64,000 nt of DNA from Candidatus Dormiibacterota bacterium (lineage in GTDB: Bacteria; Chloroflexota; Dormibacteria; Dormibacterales; Dormibacteraceae), in NCBI GenBank assembly GCA_036518815.1, contig DATDML010000077.1:620-64619 (forward strand), written 5' to 3'. Shown here piece after piece: positions 59,507-64,000 of the stretch (positions are counted from its first letter, which is position 1; the number at the start of each line of letters is the position of its first letter). The notes beneath the pieces are model-generated. The model worked only from the letters and a program-made list of their open reading frames with translations. It made no database searches and was not told the DNA's origin. Made by a program: the position numbers and the translations under genes.

Positions 59507-61607
59507 AAGCAGGCTGCACTTCTCCGGGCGCGTGAACCGCGCGCTCGAAAGCCCGCAGCTGCAAAAAGCGTTGACGAACGCGATGACCGGCCTGCGCGCG
59601 CGGCGCGGCGCCGGCTTCGAAGATTTCGATTTCGAAAAAGGCCGGCAAGAGCTCAAGAAGCGCCGGCAGGCAAACCTTGACCGCCTGCCCGACCTCGCCC
59701 GCCAGTTCGCCGAACGCCTGGAGGCCGTGGGCGGCCAGGTGCATTACGCCGCCAACGCCGCCGAGGCCCGCGACATCATCGGCCAGCTGTGCTGGAACGC
59801 TGCGGCCGAGCACGGGAAAGGCAGCGGCGCGAGACCTGTCGTAACCAAGGTCAAGTCGATGGCCGCTGAAGAGATCGAGCTCAACCCCTACCTGGAGAAG
59901 CTCGGCTTCGAGGTGGTGGAGACCGACCTCGGCGAGCGGATGGTGCAGCTGACCGGCACGCGACCGTCGCACATCATCGCTCCGGCGATCCACCTCACCA
60001 AAGAGGACGCAGCTGCGGTGTTTGGCACAGAGCCGACCGTCGAAGCCATCCAGCATCACGCGCGGCAATCGCTGCGGCAGAAATTCATCCAGGCCGTCGT
60101 CGGCATCAGCGGCGCCAACATGGCCATTGCGGAGACGGGCACCATCGTGCTGGTCACCAACGAAGGCAACGCCGATTTGACCGCGACGTTGCCGCCCGTG
60201 CACATCGCGCTCTTCGGCATGGACAAGCTGGTCGCGTCATACGAGGACGCGATCACGCTGCTGCGCATGCTCACCCGCAGCGGCACGGGTCAGCGCATCA
60301 CGAGCTATGTGAACTGGATCACCGGGCCCTCGCGCTCGGCCGACATCGAGCAGTCTCTGACCATCGGCGTGCACGGCCCGGGAGAGATGCATTGCGTGAT
60401 CCTCGACAACGGCCGCACCGACATGATCGCCGACCCCATGTTTCGCGACGCGATGACCTGCATCCGCTGCGGCGCCTGCTCGAACGCGTGCCCGGCGTTC
60501 ATGGCCGTCGGCGGCCACCAGTTCGGCTACATCTACAACGGCCCGATCGGGCTGGTGTTGACCCCGTTCCATCACGGCCTCGACGAGGCCGACCTGCCGA
60601 ACACGCTCTGCACGCAGTGCAACGCGTGCCAGGAGGCGTGCCCGGTCGACATCCCGCTGCCGCGGCAGATCCTCGAACACCGCAAACACGGCCGGAAATC
60701 GCTGCGCAAACGAGCCCTGCTCGGCGTGTGGGAACGACCGCAGCTGGCCGACGGCCTGCTCCGCATGGGCGCGCCCTTCAGCGGCGCCGTGCCGGGCGCT
60801 CCGAAGCTGGCCTCTCGGCCCTACCGCGACATCGCCCCGCGTGGCACCGGTAGCGGCGAGCCGCTGACGATCTTCGCCTCGTGCATGGTCGACCGCGTGC
60901 AGCCGCAGGCGGCCGCTGCCCTGGAGCGCATTGCGACCGCCGCCGGCTATAACGTTGGGTTTCCCAAGGGGCAGTGGTGCTGCGGTCTCATGGCCGCCAA
61001 TGCCGGAGACTTCGAGGGCGCCCGCCACCTGAATACGTCATTGGTGGTAAGCCTTCGAGATTCCGAGGGGTTGATCGTCACGCCCTCGGCGTCGTGCTTT
61101 GGCGCCTTCACCATTGACGCCCCCGATTGGGGCGCCACGGACGCCGCCGAGCTGGCCCCGCGCTTTCGCGATTCGACCCGATTCGTGCTCGAGCTCCTCG
61201 AGTCTCGACCCGAGCTCGTCCGCTCATCCTCCGACCGCAGGCCGCGCGTCGCGTACCACGATTCCTGTCAGTCGCTGCGCCAGCTGGGATTGAGGTCGGA
61301 ACCGCGTCGCCTGCTCGAGCTCGCCGGCTACGAGGTTGTCGACATCCCCGACATCGCGAACTGCTGCGGCTTCGGGGGAACGTTCAGCTTCGAGTGGCCT
61401 CACGTCGCCGCCCGGATGGCCGCGTGGAAGCTCGACGCGATCTCCAAGACCGGTTGCACCGTCGTGGCCTCCGACAACCCTGGCTGCCTCGTTCATATCG
61501 GCGCGCACGCGCGATCTCGCCGTCAGAAGCTGCGCGTGGTCCACGTGCTGGAGCTGGTGGCCGAAAAACTCTCTGGAGTGGAACGTAGGCCCGAAGCTGC
61601 GCGTTAA
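59499..61607 (+). CDS. Fused lactate-utilisation-type Fe-S oxidoreductase: LutB-like (LUD domain plus 2x[4Fe-4S]) joined to LutA-like (2x CCG domain)
   Basis: Contains CIRCGACSNACP and CTQCNACQEACP, followed by WCCGLMAA and NCCGFGGTFS cysteine-rich CCG motifs. Confidence 0.8.
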   Translation: MPESRLHFSGRVNRALESPQLQKALTNAMTGLRARRGAGFEDFDFEKGRQELKKRRQANLDRLPDLARQFAERLEAVGGQVHYAANAAEARDIIGQLCWNAAAEHGKGSGARPVVTKVKSMAAEEIELNPYLEKLGFEVVETDLGERMVQLTGTRPSHIIAPAIHLTKEDAAAVFGTEPTVEAIQHHARQSLRQKFIQAVVGISGANMAIAETGTIVLVTNEGNADLTATLPPVHIALFGMDKLVASYEDAITLLRMLTRSGTGQRITSYVNWITGPSRSADIEQSLTIGVHGPGEMHCVILDNGRTDMIADPMFRDAMTCIRCGACSNACPAFMAVGGHQFGYIYNGPIGLVLTPFHHGLDEADLPNTLCTQCNACQEACPVDIPLPRQILEHRKHGRKSLRKRALLGVWERPQLADGLLRMGAPFSGAVPGAPKLASRPYRDIAPRGTGSGEPLTIFASCMVDRVQPQAAAALERIATAAGYNVGFPKGQWCCGLMAANAGDFEGARHLNTSLVVSLRDSEGLIVTPSASCFGAFTIDAPDWGATDAAELAPRFRDSTRFVLELLESRPELVRSSSDRRPRVAYHDSCQSLRQLGLRSEPRRLLELAGYEVVDIPDIANCCGFGGTFSFEWPHVAARMAAWKLDAISKTGCTVVASDNPGCLVHIGAHARSRRQKLRVVHVLELVAEKLSGVERRPEAAR

Positions 61608-61613
61608 GCTCCT

Positions 61614-63509
61614 ATGGGCTTGCTGGCCGAAATAAACTCGCCCGCCGACCTGAAACGCCTCAATCAGCAGCAGCTCACCCGGCTCGCCGCCGAAGTGCGC
61701 GCGTTCCTGGTCGAGCAGATCGCCAAAACCGGCGGCCACCTATCGCCCAACCTCGGCGTCGTCGAGCTGACCTTCGCGCTGCACCGCGTCTTCGACTCGC
61801 CGACTGACACGATCGTCTGGGACACGGGCCATCAGGCCTACGTGCACAAGATGATCACCGGTCGGACCGGCGCCTTCTCAACGCTGCGCCAGGAAGGCGG
61901 CCTCTCCGGCTACCCGTCGCGGAGCGAGTCCGAGCACGATGTGATCGAGAACAGCCACGCGTCGACATCTCTCAGCTACGCCCTGGGCCTGGCCGAGGCC
62001 AAGCTGCGCAAGCGCCAGCCTGGCTACGTCATCGCGATCATCGGCGACGGCGCGCTCACCGGCGGCATGGCGTATGAGGCGCTCAACCAGATCGCCCACC
62101 TCATGCCACCGAATCTCATCATCGTCATCAACGACAACGGGCGTTCATACGCGCCCACCGTCGGGGGACTCGCGCGACATCTTTCGCAGCTGCGAGTCGA
62201 CCATCGGTACGAGAGCATCAAGGACGACATCTCCCGTCTGCTGCGCGATCTGCCGCTCGTCGGTTCGACCGCAGACCAGGCAGCCTATCGCGTGAAGGAA
62301 GGCTTGAAGCAACTGCTCCAGCCATCCACTGTTTTCGAAACGCTGGGCATCAAATACGCCGGCCTGGTCGACGGCCACGACGAAGCGGCCCTCGAGGAAG
62401 TGCTGCGCCGCGCATCGCGCCTGCGCGAGCCGGTGGTCGTGCACGTGGTCACCGAGAAAGGACATGGCTACGGACCCGCTGTCGAAGACGAGATCGACAA
62501 GCTGCATGGCGTCAGCGCGTTCGATCCGCTCACCGGGCGACCGCTGCGCACCGAGCTGAGCTACACGGACGTTTTTGGCGAGGCCTTGATGGCTGCAGCG
62601 ACCACACATCCTGACGTGTGCGCGATCACGGCCGCGATGGCCTCGTCAACCGGGTTGCTCAACTTCGCCAAAGAATTCCCGGACCGGTTCTTCGACGTCG
62701 GCATCTGCGAGCAGCACGCCGTCACGTTTGCCGCTGGTCTCGCCCTTGCCGGCATGCGCCCGGTCGTCTGCATCTACTCCACGTTTCTGGCGCGCGCTTT
62801 CGACCAGACGATCATGGACGTCGCGCTGCACAAGCTGCCGGTCGTGTTCATCATCGATCGCGCGGGCGTCACCGGCCCCGATGGCTCGTCGCATCACGGC
62901 GTCTTCGACCTGTCTTATCTGCGAATGATTCCCAACCTCAAGGTCGCCGCGCCCGCTGACGCGACCGAGCTCTGCGCTCTCCTCGAGACCGCGCTGGCCA
63001 CGGACGGGCCGATCGCGATCCGGTATCCGCGCGGTCCTGTGCCCTCAACGCCGGACCTGCCCGCGGAGCCGCTTCCAGTCGGTCGCTGGGAAGAGGTGCG
63101 CAAAGGCTCTGACGCCGTGATCTTCGCGACCGGTCGCATGGTCGAGGTCGCAAAGGAAGCCGCCGACCGCCTGGAAGGCATGGACCTCTCGTGCGGCGTG
63201 GTCAATGCGCGCTGGATCAAGCCAGTCGATCCGCGCATGATCGAATGGGCGCGAGCCGTCGACGTCGTGGTCACCGTCGAAGACAACGTGGGCGCGGGCG
63301 GCTTCGGCGGCGCTGTGCTCGAGGCGCTGGCTCCGCATGGGCTCGCCGGTCGCGTTCGTACGATCGCGCTGCCCGATCAGTTCCTGCCTCATGGCAAGGC
63401 TGCGGACATCCTTCGCGAGCACGGCCTGGACGCCGCGGGTGTTGCGAAGTCGGTCTATCTGGCGGTGCGGGGTGCGATGCCCGCCGAAGACAAAAAGGTT
63501 CCCGGCTAG
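61614..63509 (+). CDS. dxs: 1-deoxy-D-xylulose-5-phosphate synthase
   Basis: Contains WDTGHQAYVHK, the GDGALTGGMAYEALN TPP motif, and a transketolase C-domain. Confidence 0.95.
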   Translation: MGLLAEINSPADLKRLNQQQLTRLAAEVRAFLVEQIAKTGGHLSPNLGVVELTFALHRVFDSPTDTIVWDTGHQAYVHKMITGRTGAFSTLRQEGGLSGYPSRSESEHDVIENSHASTSLSYALGLAEAKLRKRQPGYVIAIIGDGALTGGMAYEALNQIAHLMPPNLIIVINDNGRSYAPTVGGLARHLSQLRVDHRYESIKDDISRLLRDLPLVGSTADQAAYRVKEGLKQLLQPSTVFETLGIKYAGLVDGHDEAALEEVLRRASRLREPVVVHVVTEKGHGYGPAVEDEIDKLHGVSAFDPLTGRPLRTELSYTDVFGEALMAAATTHPDVCAITAAMASSTGLLNFAKEFPDRFFDVGICEQHAVTFAAGLALAGMRPVVCIYSTFLARAFDQTIMDVALHKLPVVFIIDRAGVTGPDGSSHHGVFDLSYLRMIPNLKVAAPADATELCALLETALATDGPIAIRYPRGPVPSTPDLPAEPLPVGRWEEVRKGSDAVIFATGRMVEVAKEAADRLEGMDLSCGVVNARWIKPVDPRMIEWARAVDVVVTVEDNVGAGGFGGAVLEALAPHGLAGRVRTIALPDQFLPHGKAADILREHGLDAAGVAKSVYLAVRGAMPAEDKKVPG

Positions 63510-63910
63510 AGCTTTTTTCGGCCGGCGTAGCCCTCGCCGACGTGATGCCAATGCTCGACGCGATCCTCGCCGAGCTTCCAGCACAGCTCGACAAGCTCGC
63601 CGTCACGGTAGGACGGGAAGTCGATCAAGCCCTCCAGCGGACCTTTGAGCTGGATGCCCATTCCGTTCAGCTGGGCCACGGCTTTCAGCAGCTCGAGCTC
63701 GGCTCCGCTGACCGCGTCGCGCGCCTGTTGGTGACGGCCTTTGCCCTCGTTGCCCGAGCGTTCTCGCTTGAGCTCGTACTCCGCGATCCGAGCCTGGTCC
63801 TCGAGCTCCGGCAGCAAAGCGGACAGCTCAGCGATCTGGGCCACGATGCGCCGCACACGCGGCAGCTCATGGTTCGCCTCTTCAACGGTGTAGGTCCGCA
63901 GCCGCTGCAC
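63506..63910 (-). CDS. DUF2203 domain protein
   Basis: 134 aa with YTVEEANHELPRV... and GIQLKGPLEGLIDFPS...LCWKLGE..., typical of DUF2203. Confidence 0.65.
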   Translation of the reverse strand: MQRLRTYTVEEANHELPRVRRIVAQIAELSALLPELEDQARIAEYELKRERSGNEGKGRHQQARDAVSGAELELLKAVAQLNGMGIQLKGPLEGLIDFPSYRDGELVELCWKLGEDRVEHWHHVGEGYAGRKKL

Positions 63911-63940
63911 GGGTCAACGATATAGCAGCAGACTTGCCGC

Positions 63941-64000
63941 ATGGACCAGGCGGCAGCGCGCGAACGTTTCGCGACGAGTCGGGTCGCTCATCTCGGGACT
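63941..64000 (+). CDS. 5' end of a probable PPOX-class (F420/FMN-dependent) oxidoreductase, partial
   Basis: MDQAAARERFATSRVAHLGT resembles the N-terminus of pyridoxamine-5'-phosphate-oxidase-like proteins. Only 20 codons are visible. Confidence 0.3.
   Translation, partial: MDQAAARERFATSRVAHLGT

Overview
This is a high-GC, very gene-dense chromosomal core segment with about 60 protein genes and two tRNA(CAT) genes. I saw no rRNA, CRISPR array, transposase, integrase or phage genes. Gene order mixes Firmicutes-like blocks (pth-mfd-mazG-divIC-tRNAMet ... tilS-ftsH, and lepA-hemW-hrcA-grpE-dnaJ) with clusters I recall as common in Actinobacteria (MoxR/DUF58/DUF4350/DUF4129/RDD/SpoIIM-like, and DUF2520-panB-panC). 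That points to a Terrabacteria-type organism, but the phylum cannot be assigned by eye. Most genes are housekeeping: ClpC, FtsH, S1, Mfd, Pth, YbeY, LepA, DnaJ/GrpE/HrcA, Dxs, TrxB, Mrp. Nucleotide-sugar and glycosyltransferase genes and a large PAS-GAF-GGDEF-EAL sensor are interspersed among them. The most interesting items are as follows. (1) A translationally coupled seven-gene membrane MoxR AAA+/DUF58 module has no assigned function. (2) Divergent gene pairs sit almost back to back, and TANNNT boxes lie 6-8 nt upstream of many start codons, which suggests leaderless transcription. (3) A REP-like GC-rich hairpin family (CCTCCCCGCAAGCGGGGAGG with a TCCCCACC flank) serves as stop-proximal terminators. 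(4) Three genes have conserved N-termini lying upstream of any ATG/GTG/TTG codon. (5) The hrcA-grpE-dnaJ locus lacks dnaK and is interrupted by an antisense gmd gene. All product calls rest on motifs read by eye from the supplied translations; no database search was possible.
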